A model generated the notes under the pieces. It did no database searches, was not told the origin of the DNA, and was given only the letters and a program-made list of their open reading frames with translations. Positions 37,743 to 47,278 of a DNA stretch of 64,000 nt are shown one piece after another (within the stretch, counting starts at the first letter, position 1; each line of letters begins with the position of its first letter). The stretch lies in sequence record SRR31156797_707, one strand, 5' to 3'. A program made the translations under genes and the position numbers.

Positions 37743-39815
37743 TTAGTATCTGAATGTGAAAGAAGCGTAGATTTTGTCTACTTTGTCAGCTACAGCCATC
37801 ATAGTGTTAAGACCGTTAGCATCTTCGATTTTCACAGGAGCACCGAGGTAAGAACCTGAGTTTGTGTAATCGTAATCGAAACGCTGGTAACCTACAGTAG
37901 CGAAAAGTCTCTTACCAACGATTGGCTGGTGGTAGTACATCTCGTAAACTTTACCGCGAACAGCAAGTTTAGAACCTACGAGGTCATCTTCAGCACCAGT
38001 CATAGAAACCCAGTACTTGGAACCTTGGTTGTATTCTATACCGAATTTACCGCCAGTAACTGGAAGTGCAGGTGTAGAGATACCAAACCAGATACTGTTA
38101 CCTGTTTTGCTCTTGTCAGAACCAAGCATTTGATCCTGATCCATGAACTGGTACATAGCAGCGAGTGATCTTCCGTCTGGGTGAGATTTAGACATAGAGT
38201 AAGAAGCGAACCAGTTAAGTCCGAATGTGTTACCCTGTGCGAGGAATGAGTGCCATTCCATGTCACCAACTTCAGCAGTTGCTTCAGTTCTTGATGAAGC
38301 TCCGGAGTAGTTAGGGAGAATCTCATATTCGTCGTATGAACTGTCTGCACTGAGATCAGTGTTATGACCAACAACAGTGAAAGGCATAACAGCAGAGCCA
38401 GTGAAACCATCAGTTACACCGAAACCTCTAGCGAAGTTGTACCAGAATTTGTAGTCATCATTATCGAAGAACTTAACGATAACACCGAGGAACTCAACGT
38501 CGTCAACTTCCGGTGTAGCGATAAGACCGTTGTTAGATGCTGTAGCGTTGCTTGAACCCCAGCCTGACTCGAAACCTTTACCGTAACAGATCTTAATGAA
38601 AGAACCTGGGAGGAATTCCATAAGGTTTTCGAAATCGAACTGAAGTGAAGCACCGTCGAACTGCCACTGGATGATGTGAGCGAGTGGTGAACCGCCAAGT
38701 GAAGCGTATTCAGCATTCTCTTTACCAGGGCCTGTTGCAGATGGTCTTCTACCGAAGGAGAAGTGCCAGCCGAGGTCACCTATTTCGTTCTTGTAAACGA
38801 AGTAAGCTCTCTCAACGTGGAGTTTATCATCTGTTGGAACCGCAGCAGCGTTTCCGTCCATGTACATTGATTTATATGTTCCGTCCATCCACTGAACATC
38901 AGTAGCGTCTGACCATACTTTATACATGGAGAGACGACCTGTGAAAGAGAGGTTCTCATTCACACGGCTGTTAAGACGAATTCTAAGTTTGTTTGTAAAG
39001 ATTGAACCGTTGTTCTGGTCATATTGACGAGGCTTAACACCTTTAAATATAGACTTGAATGTAGCAAGTTCCTGAGATGTAAGTGTTGTGTCGCTAAACA
39101 TATAACGAAGAACAGCGTACTGCACAAACGATTGAGCCTGCATCTGAGCCTGAGCTGCAGTAAGTGAAGGATCCATTGTTGCGAAAGCAGTACCAAGGTT
39201 GCTCATGAGAGTCATAGCATCTGTACCAGAAGCAAGCATACCCGCAAGAGTATCGCCCATACCATCTTGAGCATCATAGAATGCTGCATTAGCTTCAAGC
39301 ACTTTATTGAAGTATGTCTGATCAGAGATAAGAGTCATGTAGTTAGAAAGAAACTCAGCAGAAGCGTCGTTTGTTCCCATATTGAGACCTGCCATAAGAG
39401 CAGCAAACTCTGCACCATGAGTAAGACCATCAGCAGCCTGAGCATCATTCATATACCCATCGTTAAAGCCGTTTGTAAGCCCCATAGCGTCTGTTGCTGT
39501 ATCAAGGTATGACCCAGTATCAAATGTAGTGAGGTAGCCTCTGAGCCACAGCCCGAGCATGTCGTTAGCATACTGTGGAAGAGCGTTCATGTCGCTATAG
39601 CTGAGACTTTCAACTCTTGTGCGGAGTTCCACACCGATGTTGACCTTGTCCTTAATGCGGTGAACTTCGTTCTTATCCACACGACGGGACATTTTGTTAA
39701 CCTCTGTCTGAAGCTCTGTAATCTGGGATTTCAGCTCCTCAAGGGTTACATCCGCTGCAAATGCAAATGATGCAGGGAAAAGAACCAGAAGAATCAAAGA
39801 TAAAATTTTCTTCAT
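37743..39815 (-). CDS. DUF3373-type outer-membrane beta-barrel protein
   Basis: Signal peptide, coiled coil, F-x-GRLSMYKVW, VERAYF, SFGRRPS, KLAVRG; C-terminal FTFRY. Confidence 0.8.
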   Translation of the reverse strand: MKKILSLILLVLFPASFAFAADVTLEELKSQITELQTEVNKMSRRVDKNEVHRIKDKVNIGVELRTRVESLSYSDMNALPQYANDMLGLWLRGYLTTFDTGSYLDTATDAMGLTNGFNDGYMNDAQAADGLTHGAEFAALMAGLNMGTNDASAEFLSNYMTLISDQTYFNKVLEANAAFYDAQDGMGDTLAGMLASGTDAMTLMSNLGTAFATMDPSLTAAQAQMQAQSFVQYAVLRYMFSDTTLTSQELATFKSIFKGVKPRQYDQNNGSIFTNKLRIRLNSRVNENLSFTGRLSMYKVWSDATDVQWMDGTYKSMYMDGNAAAVPTDDKLHVERAYFVYKNEIGDLGWHFSFGRRPSATGPGKENAEYASLGGSPLAHIIQWQFDGASLQFDFENLMEFLPGSFIKICYGKGFESGWGSSNATASNNGLIATPEVDDVEFLGVIVKFFDNDDYKFWYNFARGFGVTDGFTGSAVMPFTVVGHNTDLSADSSYDEYEILPNYSGASSRTEATAEVGDMEWHSFLAQGNTFGLNWFASYSMSKSHPDGRSLAAMYQFMDQDQMLGSDKSKTGNSIWFGISTPALPVTGGKFGIEYNQGSKYWVSMTGAEDDLVGSKLAVRGKVYEMYYHQPIVGKRLFATVGYQRFDYDYTNSGSYLGAPVKIEDANGLNTMMAVADKVDKIYASFTFRY

Positions 39816-40001
39816 ACAATACTCCCTAGTATTTATATGTTGTTATCCACTGCCTGTATGAACAGTGAAAAACATTATAGAAGGCATCCAAAAATTTACC
39901 TTCTAATATATCCGCAGTTAGCGCACGGTTGAATGCTTAATCAAGACCCCAGCCTCTAAAGTGCTGTATAACCTCTTTAGCTCACCATACTAACTCAGCC
40001 C

Positions 40002-40694
40002 CTATTCTCCCCCGGACAGTACGTCCTCTAAAATAGGGTCTATATCCTTAAGGAAAGCTGCAAGTATCTTTGCAAAATCCCTATAAAAAGGCATATCGTC
40101 ACGCTTTGCCACTGCCGAAGCGAATTCGTCAGTAAGAATAGGCGCATAGTTGTCGAGCAGGTTGTAAAGGTTCTTGAGTGAAACATACCACTGCTCTATA
40201 TTTTCAGGCTCAGCGAGCCTCTTAAAAACCACTGAAACAAATTCCATCACTACATATATGTGGTCTTCAAGCTCAACGATTTCATCATCAAGTTGAAAAC
40301 CTTCCTCTTCCATCCACTCTCTGATATTAAAAGTGCTCTGTCCGTACAGAGTTTTATTCTCTTCGGTATAAAAGGAGATGTAAGGAACGATCTTATTCTT
40401 TTCCATATCCTGTTCGAAAAGCTTGATATAATCACTCTCCATCTCAACATGGTCATAAAGATCAGGTTTTACGTCTGTGTAATCATCCATAAAATCTTTA
40501 AAAGCATCCCAGTTGTCTTTGAGTGTGTCGTATACATCTTCTTCTGGATATCTGAAAGCGAGAGAGAGGAACATTGAAACATTGGAAATGGCGTTGAAAG
40601 TTTCTGCATCGAGTTCTAGGTCACCCAATAAAACTTTCGCCTTATCATACTCTCCGGAGAGAACATTCATTTTAAAATCATTATATATAAACAT
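40002..40694 (-). CDS. TorD/DmsD family molybdoenzyme maturation chaperone
   Basis: Y-x-x-LF, PY-x-S-x-Y, EDHI-x-x-x-x-EF, PFY motifs. Confidence 0.8.
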   Translation of the reverse strand: MFIYNDFKMNVLSGEYDKAKVLLGDLELDAETFNAISNVSMFLSLAFRYPEEDVYDTLKDNWDAFKDFMDDYTDVKPDLYDHVEMESDYIKLFEQDMEKNKIVPYISFYTEENKTLYGQSTFNIREWMEEEGFQLDDEIVELEDHIYVVMEFVSVVFKRLAEPENIEQWYVSLKNLYNLLDNYAPILTDEFASAVAKRDDMPFYRDFAKILAAFLKDIDPILEDVLSGGE

Positions 40695-40780
40695 TGCAAT
40701 AAACCTATGTATAGTAGTCTCTTATCTTTAACAAATATATTTTTTTTTTAAAGATTTGTAAAGGGATTTTGCAAGAAAAA

Positions 40781-40797
40781 TGTATATTGTATACAAT
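40781..40797. promoter_or_regulatory. TGTATATTGTATACAAT operator candidate
   Basis: Exact reverse complement of 42976-42992; upstream of the torD-like gene. Confidence 0.65.
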
Positions 40798-40803
40798 TAA
40801 ATG

Positions 40804-40832
40804 AAAAGAGGAGATTTTTAGTCTCCTCTTTT
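40804..40832 (-). terminator. intrinsic terminator of the fccAB-like operon
   Basis: AAAAGAGGAGA...TCTCCTCTTTT. Confidence 0.75.
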
Positions 40833-40862
40833 ATATCATATTATTAATAAGTTATCAGAAAC

Positions 40863-42164
40863 CTACAGAAGCATGTCGCTCCATATACTTGTAGCCCAAT
40901 CCTGAGCATGCTTACCAAAAAGAGCATCCCTCTCAGGTGAAAGACCGCCAGACGCTTTTCTGATCCTGTCAATCTTAGGGTCGTAGTTATAAGCGGCAGC
41001 AACAAAAATCGCTTCCTGCTCATTTACAAGTGAGTAGCATGTGTTTACATATGTTGGTTCGATAGGCTCCTTGCCCTGAAGCTTTCTAACCATCTGCACA
41101 GCAGCTACTTTCGCCATGGAATTCGCAACATATCCAGACTTAGGCACGCCGCCCACAGCACCGTTATGGGTTGAATCACCAACCACATGTACATTCTTAT
41201 ATTTATATGACTCGAAAGTTTTAGGATAAGCTCTCACCCACAAATCTTTCTCTTTAGCCATAAGACCGAGCTTAAAAGCTGTATCATTCGCTTTCATAGC
41301 AGGGATAATGTTTGTAACATCGGCAATCATCTCGCCCTGCTCAGAGACAACCTTACCTGTGCCTGCGTCAACAGATTTAAGATAGTTATCAGGTATATAC
41401 TCGATAATATCCTTATAGTACGCCTTCCATGCAGACATAAAGAGCTTACCTTTGGATGCGATACCGTCATTAGCATCAAACACAACAAGCTTTGAGCCTG
41501 GTTTATTCTTTTTAAGGTAATTCGCCACAAGGGATATTCTCTCATACGGTCCAGGAGGACATCTGTAAGGCTTTGGCGGAACAGTAATAAGCACAGAGCC
41601 GCCAGCTTTCATAGCCTGAAGCCTGTCTCTAAGCTTAACCGTCTCAGGACCTGCCTTGTAAGCATGAGGAAACTTATCAATCGCCTCAGGAGTACCGTGA
41701 CCTTCGATCTGGTCATACCTGAATGATACACCCGGTGATATAAGGATAAGGTCGAACTCAAGAGTTCCAGCAGTAGTCATAAGCTTACTGCCTTCAGCAT
41801 CAAGCTCCACAGCTTCTGTCTGGAGAACTTTTATACCGTAGTTTTTAGCGAGCATTTCGTAGCCCATAGTAATGTCGGACATCTTACGGAAACCGCCGAT
41901 AACCCAGTTGCTCACAGGGCAGGATACGAACTTCTCCTGTCTCTCAACCATTACTACATCTATTGAAGGGTCTTCAAGCTTGATGTACTTAGCAGCAGTA
42001 GCACCACCCCAGCCTCCGCCGAGGACAACTATTCTCTTACCCTTTTTAGGCATGATTATGCCTGATTTCTTATTAACATTCATCTCGTGGTGGCAGCCGA
42101 GAAGTCCGGTTCCAGCCACAGCAACAGATGTGTATTTAATGAAATTACGTCTTGATATACTCAT
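40863..42164 (-). CDS. fccB: flavocytochrome c sulfide dehydrogenase flavoprotein subunit (FccB/SoxF family)
   Basis: Tat SRRNFI; GGGWGG, SCP-x-SN, YRCPPGPYER, PKSG-x-x-AN, NTCYS. Confidence 0.88.
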   Translation of the reverse strand: MSISRRNFIKYTSVAVAGTGLLGCHHEMNVNKKSGIIMPKKGKRIVVLGGGWGGATAAKYIKLEDPSIDVVMVERQEKFVSCPVSNWVIGGFRKMSDITMGYEMLAKNYGIKVLQTEAVELDAEGSKLMTTAGTLEFDLILISPGVSFRYDQIEGHGTPEAIDKFPHAYKAGPETVKLRDRLQAMKAGGSVLITVPPKPYRCPPGPYERISLVANYLKKNKPGSKLVVFDANDGIASKGKLFMSAWKAYYKDIIEYIPDNYLKSVDAGTGKVVSEQGEMIADVTNIIPAMKANDTAFKLGLMAKEKDLWVRAYPKTFESYKYKNVHVVGDSTHNGAVGGVPKSGYVANSMAKVAAVQMVRKLQGKEPIEPTYVNTCYSLVNEQEAIFVAAAYNYDPKIDRIRKASGGLSPERDALFGKHAQDWATSIWSDMLL

Positions 42165-42176
42165 AATGTATCCCCC

Positions 42177-42764
42177 TTATCTGAGACTTGACAGATAGTT
42201 AGCAAGAACCTTGATCTCGGCATCTGAAAGCTCAGACATCATGCCCATCTCATCAGATTCTATTTGCCCTGCCTTATAGCGTTTCATAACTTCAAGCAGA
42301 TAGCCTTTATTCTGTCCGCCTAAACGAGGATATTCGTCCATACCTTCGCCGTTTTCACCGTGACAGTCCATACATCCGTTTTCAGCAGCTACGCTCTTGC
42401 CGGCTTCAACCAGCTTAGGGTTTGTCTCATTAGTAGAGTTAACCCACTTCTGAGCAGCGTAGTACATTGAGATAGAATTAAGCTGCTCTTCTGTATAGCC
42501 TTTTGCAACTATTGTCATCTCTACACTTGCAGGTCTCTCACCTTTAGAAAAACTAACAAGAACTTTTTTAAGAAAATCTACATTCTGTCCGCCGATTTTA
42601 CCTACATACTCACCAGGAGTATTACCAAAGGTACCGTGACACCCTGCACAAGTCTTACCCAACCTCTCGCCATCAGCGATGCTGGACTCTGCAAAACAGA
42701 CTGCCGGCAAACTCATGACAAGTGCCAGAACAGCCAAAATGAACAATGACTTTGTCTTTCTCAT
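42177..42764 (-). CDS. fccA: diheme cytochrome c (c4/FccA-like)
   Basis: CAGCH and CMDCH; P-x-LGGQN; start corrected to MRKTK after GGAGG. Confidence 0.8.
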   Translation of the reverse strand: MRKTKSLFILAVLALVMSLPAVCFAESSIADGERLGKTCAGCHGTFGNTPGEYVGKIGGQNVDFLKKVLVSFSKGERPASVEMTIVAKGYTEEQLNSISMYYAAQKWVNSTNETNPKLVEAGKSVAAENGCMDCHGENGEGMDEYPRLGGQNKGYLLEVMKRYKAGQIESDEMGMMSELSDAEIKVLANYLSSLR

Positions 42765-42975
42765 AAACGCCTCCACAAATATTAGACATATGTAAAGATA
42801 CCGTGAACAATTATACGTTGTCAAAGGAATCTACATAAATATAACACCTTTTTTATCCTATTTTTACATTACTGTCAATAAAAGTAATTATATAGACACA
42901 TATACTGATTAATGAATACTTAGTAAGCTTATGTGGTTGAAGATGAATTTTCACAAAGGGCAAAATATTCAGAAA

Positions 42976-42992
42976 ATTGTATACAATATACA
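42976..42992. promoter_or_regulatory. ATTGTATACAATATACA operator candidate
   Basis: 8 nt upstream of TTGAAA-17-TATCTT promoter of the 43084 gene; divergent region shared with fccA. Confidence 0.65.
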
Positions 42993-43083
42993 AAAATCTC
43001 TTGAAATAAAAATTCTAGGGTGTTATCTTACCCGTGAAAACCAAATACCAAACCACTGTTTGGTAATTTAAAAGGAGAGTTAT

Positions 43084-43419
43084 ATGTTCAAAAAAGCTAT
43101 GCTTGTTGTTATAGCTGTTGCTTTCATGGCTACTAGCGTTTTCGCTGTAGATATGGACTTCAACGCTGGTAACGGTAGAAAAGGTAAAAGACTTTGGAAA
43201 AGATATCACACAAAATGTGCTGACGGCACAAAACTCAGCGCTAAAGCTGGTGCTGCTACTCGCACACAAGCTCAGTGGAAAGACGCTTTCTCTAAGCCTG
43301 CAAAACTTCCTTGCGGCGGTAAATGGAGTGGCATCAAAACTAAAGAGGACATGGAAAACGTTTTCAGATACCTCTTCGACCACGCTGCTGACTCTGATCA
43401 GCCTGAGACATGTGGCTAA
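43084..43419 (+). CDS. cytochrome c-like periplasmic protein lacking CxxCH (paralog of 31092-31448)
   Basis: Signal peptide; GN-x-RKGK, T-x-x-QW, HAADSDQPETCG; HTKCA at the heme-motif position. Confidence 0.75.
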   Translation: MFKKAMLVVIAVAFMATSVFAVDMDFNAGNGRKGKRLWKRYHTKCADGTKLSAKAGAATRTQAQWKDAFSKPAKLPCGGKWSGIKTKEDMENVFRYLFDHAADSDQPETCG

Positions 43420-43445
43420 GATTTAGTTATTAGTTTTAAAATAAC

Positions 43446-43481
43446 AAAGGGCACTTGCTTTAAAGCTTGTGCCCTTTTTTT
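43446..43481 (+). terminator. intrinsic terminator
   Basis: AAAGGGCAC...GTGCCCTTTTTTT. Confidence 0.8.
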
Positions 43482-43509
43482 ACGTCTAAAATTTCAGAGA
43501 AACTATATT

Positions 43510-43839
43510 TTATTTGCTTTCCTGCTTAGGCTCCGGTCCTGCAAGCAGGTTAACCTTCTGGATAAGTGTCAGAGTAAGACCTCTGTGTTCTTTAAAAAGC
43601 TCAACTAAACTATCATAACTATCAGCGAGCTGACGGTTCTGTGTGCGAAGCATACCTATCTCTTTATTAGCCTTATCAAGCTCAGTCTCAAGCCTTAGCA
43701 TCCTGTCTGAGTTACTCTTAACGGTAAGCTCTACAGCTTGATATGCACCCTTATCTGGGGTTTTCACAACACTCTCTTTCGCTGCACCGCAAGAGATCAT
43801 AAAAAAAGGAACTGTCAGTAAAATAAAAGCTCTTTTCAT
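43510..43839 (-). CDS. hypothetical coiled-coil lipoprotein
   Basis: Lipobox ISC; heptad-rich helix. Confidence 0.6.
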   Translation of the reverse strand: MKRAFILLTVPFFMISCGAAKESVVKTPDKGAYQAVELTVKSNSDRMLRLETELDKANKEIGMLRTQNRQLADSYDSLVELFKEHRGLTLTLIQKVNLLAGPEPKQESK

Positions 43840-43993
43840 TACATACACCTTATTATATATTTGTACGAATTTAGCACTTTTGAAAGGGCTATAGCAAGTG
43901 GATATTATAAGTAATTAATTACACATATACTCTTGACATAGCACCCCCTTTCTGATAATCTCCAATGCTCATAAAAAAATAAGAGGTGAAGAA

Positions 43994-44263
43994 GTGGCTC
44001 ATACTCTCTCTGCAAATAAGAGAATTCGTCAAAGTGAAAAGAGAAAACTCAGGAACAAGGCATACAAGTCTCAAATGAGAACAATAATTAAAAGATTTTA
44101 CAGCGCAGCTGACGCTAACAATGTTGAGGATGCTGAAAAAGCTTACTCAGAAGCTGTTAAGATCGTAGGTAAAGTTGGACAGAAGGGTGTTATTCATAAA
44201 GCACAAGCTTCCAGAAGAGTTTCCAGACTTACCCTTAAGCTTAACTCTGTAAAATCTGCCTAA
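43994..44263 (+). CDS. rpsT: 30S ribosomal protein S20
   Basis: SA-x-KR-x-RQSEKR-x-x-RNK...KGVIHK-x-x-ASRR-x-SRL. Confidence 0.97.
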   Translation: MAHTLSANKRIRQSEKRKLRNKAYKSQMRTIIKRFYSAADANNVEDAEKAYSEAVKIVGKVGQKGVIHKAQASRRVSRLTLKLNSVKSA

Positions 44264-44287
44264 TTATTCCTGATTAAATATATTCAT

Positions 44288-44315
44288 AAAGCCGGAGTAG
44301 CAATGCTCCGGTTTT
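44288..44315 (+). terminator. rpsT terminator
   Basis: GCCGGAG...CTCCGGTTTT. Confidence 0.75.
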
Positions 44316-44351
44316 ATTGTTTAACTCTACACAATATCTTTCTAATCAATC

Positions 44352-45290
44352 ATGAAGAAAGCTCTGATAATAAAAAGCGGAGCTATCGGTGACCTTATAC
44401 TTATATCTCCGTTACTTTCTAAGTATAAAGAACTAAACCCATCAGAAAGCATCACGCTGCTCTGCGGTCAAAGCTGTTCGCACGTAATTTCACAAAATCC
44501 AGATATCTCGAATGTAATAGCATTCGACGATGACATAATATACAACGGAAACACACCTCAGAAGCTATTAGAGACTTTTAAGATCGTGAAAATGATAAAA
44601 GGGCACGATAAGTGCTTCATACTGCATCACGACCATAGATGGGAGATTATTGCAGATATTGCATCTATTAATGAGAAGCACATCCTTGAAAGCTATGTAT
44701 TCAACTATACTGAAAGCTATAAAAAGTGCCTGAACATAAAGGAGATAGCTCCTCTTAAATTCTATCCAGATAAAAGTTTCGAACCCCTAGGTGAAAATTA
44801 CATATGTATTGCTTCTGGCGGTGCGAGAAACATCAAAAATAATAATCCGTGCAGAAGATGGGCACACTACCCCGCCTTAACCAAAATGCTGCTGAAGGAG
44901 ACAGATTATAATATAATCATGCTGGGCAGCAGTGAAGACAGCCCGGGCATTAAGAGTGAAAGAATAATCGACCTATGCGGAAAAACTTCACTTAGTGAAG
45001 CGTATTCAATAATCTGCAATGCAAAAATCTTTATTGGCAACGACTCAGGACTTCTCCACCTTGCAGGGTGCACAGAAACTAAAACCGTAGGAATATTCAC
45101 TTCTACCTCACCTTATATTATTTTACCCTCAGACAGCAAAACAATCGCTATATCAAGCAAACTCAGATGCAGTCCTTGTGAAAGATTCGGAAATTTCAGC
45201 AGTGATTGTAATTTAGAATGTATCGAAGATATCAAACCTGAAGAGGTATTTAATCTTGTTCTTTCATTAAATTTACAGGAATCTCAATAA
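44352..45290 (+). CDS. glycosyltransferase family 9 (LPS heptosyltransferase-like)
   Basis: GAIGDL, DLCGKTSL, GNDSGLLHLA, C-x-PC. Confidence 0.88.
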   Translation: MKKALIIKSGAIGDLILISPLLSKYKELNPSESITLLCGQSCSHVISQNPDISNVIAFDDDIIYNGNTPQKLLETFKIVKMIKGHDKCFILHHDHRWEIIADIASINEKHILESYVFNYTESYKKCLNIKEIAPLKFYPDKSFEPLGENYICIASGGARNIKNNNPCRRWAHYPALTKMLLKETDYNIIMLGSSEDSPGIKSERIIDLCGKTSLSEAYSIICNAKIFIGNDSGLLHLAGCTETKTVGIFTSTSPYIILPSDSKTIAISSKLRCSPCERFGNFSSDCNLECIEDIKPEEVFNLVLSLNLQESQ

Positions 45291-47088
45291 TGAAGTCCAC
45301 CCCGTTTCCTTCTCTGTTTTCATAGGTGATGTTTCCGCCCATATGCTGTTCAATAATGACTTTTGTCATATAAAGTCCAAGACCGGCTCCCTTCCCTTCT
45401 GATTTAGTGGAAAAATATGGAGCAAATATGTTTGCGCCGATATTGTCTTTAATCCCGCACCCGTTATCAGAAATAATTATTTTTACATATTGATCGTCGC
45501 CGTATATATCAAATTTTATTTCGCCGGTTCTGATGTCACCTTTAGCCCTCTCTTCAGCTATCGCATCTATAGAGTTATTTACAATACACAGGATAGCCTG
45601 CTTAAACTCACTCACATATCCGAAAACTCTCGTCTTGCTATAGTCACACTCTGGCGTTTTCAGCGTATTATTACATTCGAACGACTTATGCTGACATTTG
45701 CAATTGAGGTTAAAGCTGATAAAATTTGTATCAAGTTGAAACTTTAAAAGCCTGAGCATTGATAAAATTTCAAAAACAACCTCAAACTTAGATTTACAGT
45801 GCTCACTTCTGAAAAAATAGCTGAAATCATCAATAGTTGCTGAAAGCCTGAGTATCATATCCATAGAGTCTTTTTCGAAATTATCTACATACTCTTTATC
45901 AATCTCACCACGCTCATAGCTATCTCCGACATCCTGAATATATAACCCAAGCGAATTTAAGGGCTGCCTCCAGTGGTGCGCAATAGCATTCATCATACGC
46001 CCCATATCAGCAATCTTATTTTGACTGTGCAAAAGCTCTTCATTCCTTCTATTCTTTTCTATCTCAAGCTCAACCCTCTTCTCAAGGTCTGTGTTTAAAG
46101 ACTCAAGCTCTCTGTTTGATTCGATATACTTAACCTCTATCTCATTTATAAGAGGAGTAATTTTCCTCCTTACAAATAGATTAACAACTACAATCAAAGC
46201 AATAATAAGAGTAGATACAACTAATATATATTTGATTATCCAGTGCAACAGATCTGTCCTGTCTGAAACAAGAATAAACTCCCCTAACGGCTTACCTTGA
46301 AAATCATTGATAGGGATAGACTGTATCGTTACATAACAGTTCCCATTAAAAAGAAAATATTTACCACGCTTACTCTTACCATACATATAGCCAAATAATT
46401 CAGGAGCATTATTAAAGACCTCATAGCTATCGCCTATTTTAGAAAAAGCCACATACTCAACAACACCTTCAACCCTCTCTTTATAAACCAATAAGCTTGT
46501 CTTAAGGTCAGTAATATCTTTAATATCTTTTGCAAGATGAGCCGCACCAAGACCAAACTCAGCAATCCCCAAATATTTATCACCTTTATAAACAGGGAAA
46601 AGAGCTCTTTGGAAAAGACCACTAAGCCCTAACTCAAACCCATGAGTAACTTCTCTATTCATATTGGCATGTTTAAGCATAGGTCTTACATCTTTAAGAT
46701 TATCGCCGTAATGAACCGGATCGTGAAACCTGTGGAATGTAGTCAAATCAGGAAAATGTATGTGCATATTGATTTTGCAGCCGTCATGGTGAATCTCATA
46801 TAACTTATTATAGTATTTCTGTCCGGATTTAATAAATGCATCCCGGTCTTTAGCTTCGTAGGCGTTAATTACATCTTCGTCATTTATGAATTCATCATAA
46901 ACAGAATCAAGGTAATCATGAGCTTCTTTCGGAAATTTATTAAAAACATTCTGGACAATTTTTATCTGCGCTTTTTCGAATAATTCGGCTGTTTTAACTT
47001 TAGAGAGAACGGTATGAATAACAAATAATACAATAATGACAAGTATAACTATAAATATGTATGCAGAAACTCTGTTAGTAACTGACAA
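45250..47088 (-). CDS. Cache-domain sensor histidine kinase
   Basis: Two TM; IAHHWRQPL H-box; NNSIDA, DNGCGI, FAPYFSTK, GAGLGL. Confidence 0.92.
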   Translation of the reverse strand: MSVTNRVSAYIFIVILVIIVLFVIHTVLSKVKTAELFEKAQIKIVQNVFNKFPKEAHDYLDSVYDEFINDEDVINAYEAKDRDAFIKSGQKYYNKLYEIHHDGCKINMHIHFPDLTTFHRFHDPVHYGDNLKDVRPMLKHANMNREVTHGFELGLSGLFQRALFPVYKGDKYLGIAEFGLGAAHLAKDIKDITDLKTSLLVYKERVEGVVEYVAFSKIGDSYEVFNNAPELFGYMYGKSKRGKYFLFNGNCYVTIQSIPINDFQGKPLGEFILVSDRTDLLHWIIKYILVVSTLIIALIVVVNLFVRRKITPLINEIEVKYIESNRELESLNTDLEKRVELEIEKNRRNEELLHSQNKIADMGRMMNAIAHHWRQPLNSLGLYIQDVGDSYERGEIDKEYVDNFEKDSMDMILRLSATIDDFSYFFRSEHCKSKFEVVFEILSMLRLLKFQLDTNFISFNLNCKCQHKSFECNNTLKTPECDYSKTRVFGYVSEFKQAILCIVNNSIDAIAEERAKGDIRTGEIKFDIYGDDQYVKIIISDNGCGIKDNIGANIFAPYFSTKSEGKGAGLGLYMTKVIIEQHMGGNITYENREGNGVDFIIEIPVNLMKEQD

Positions 47089-47278
47089 TTATTTCTCCCG
47101 CAAAGATGAAATACTCTAAACATATGCTATATATATTAAATTAGAAAAGTTGGATTTTCAACTACAATACAATGAAAAAAGGGGGCACACCACTAATGTA
47201 CCCCCAGGACAGTATAACGCGAATCTCTCCGCGCTTTCGACGCCAAATTTTGAGCCGGCATATTACCGGGTTGCGATG

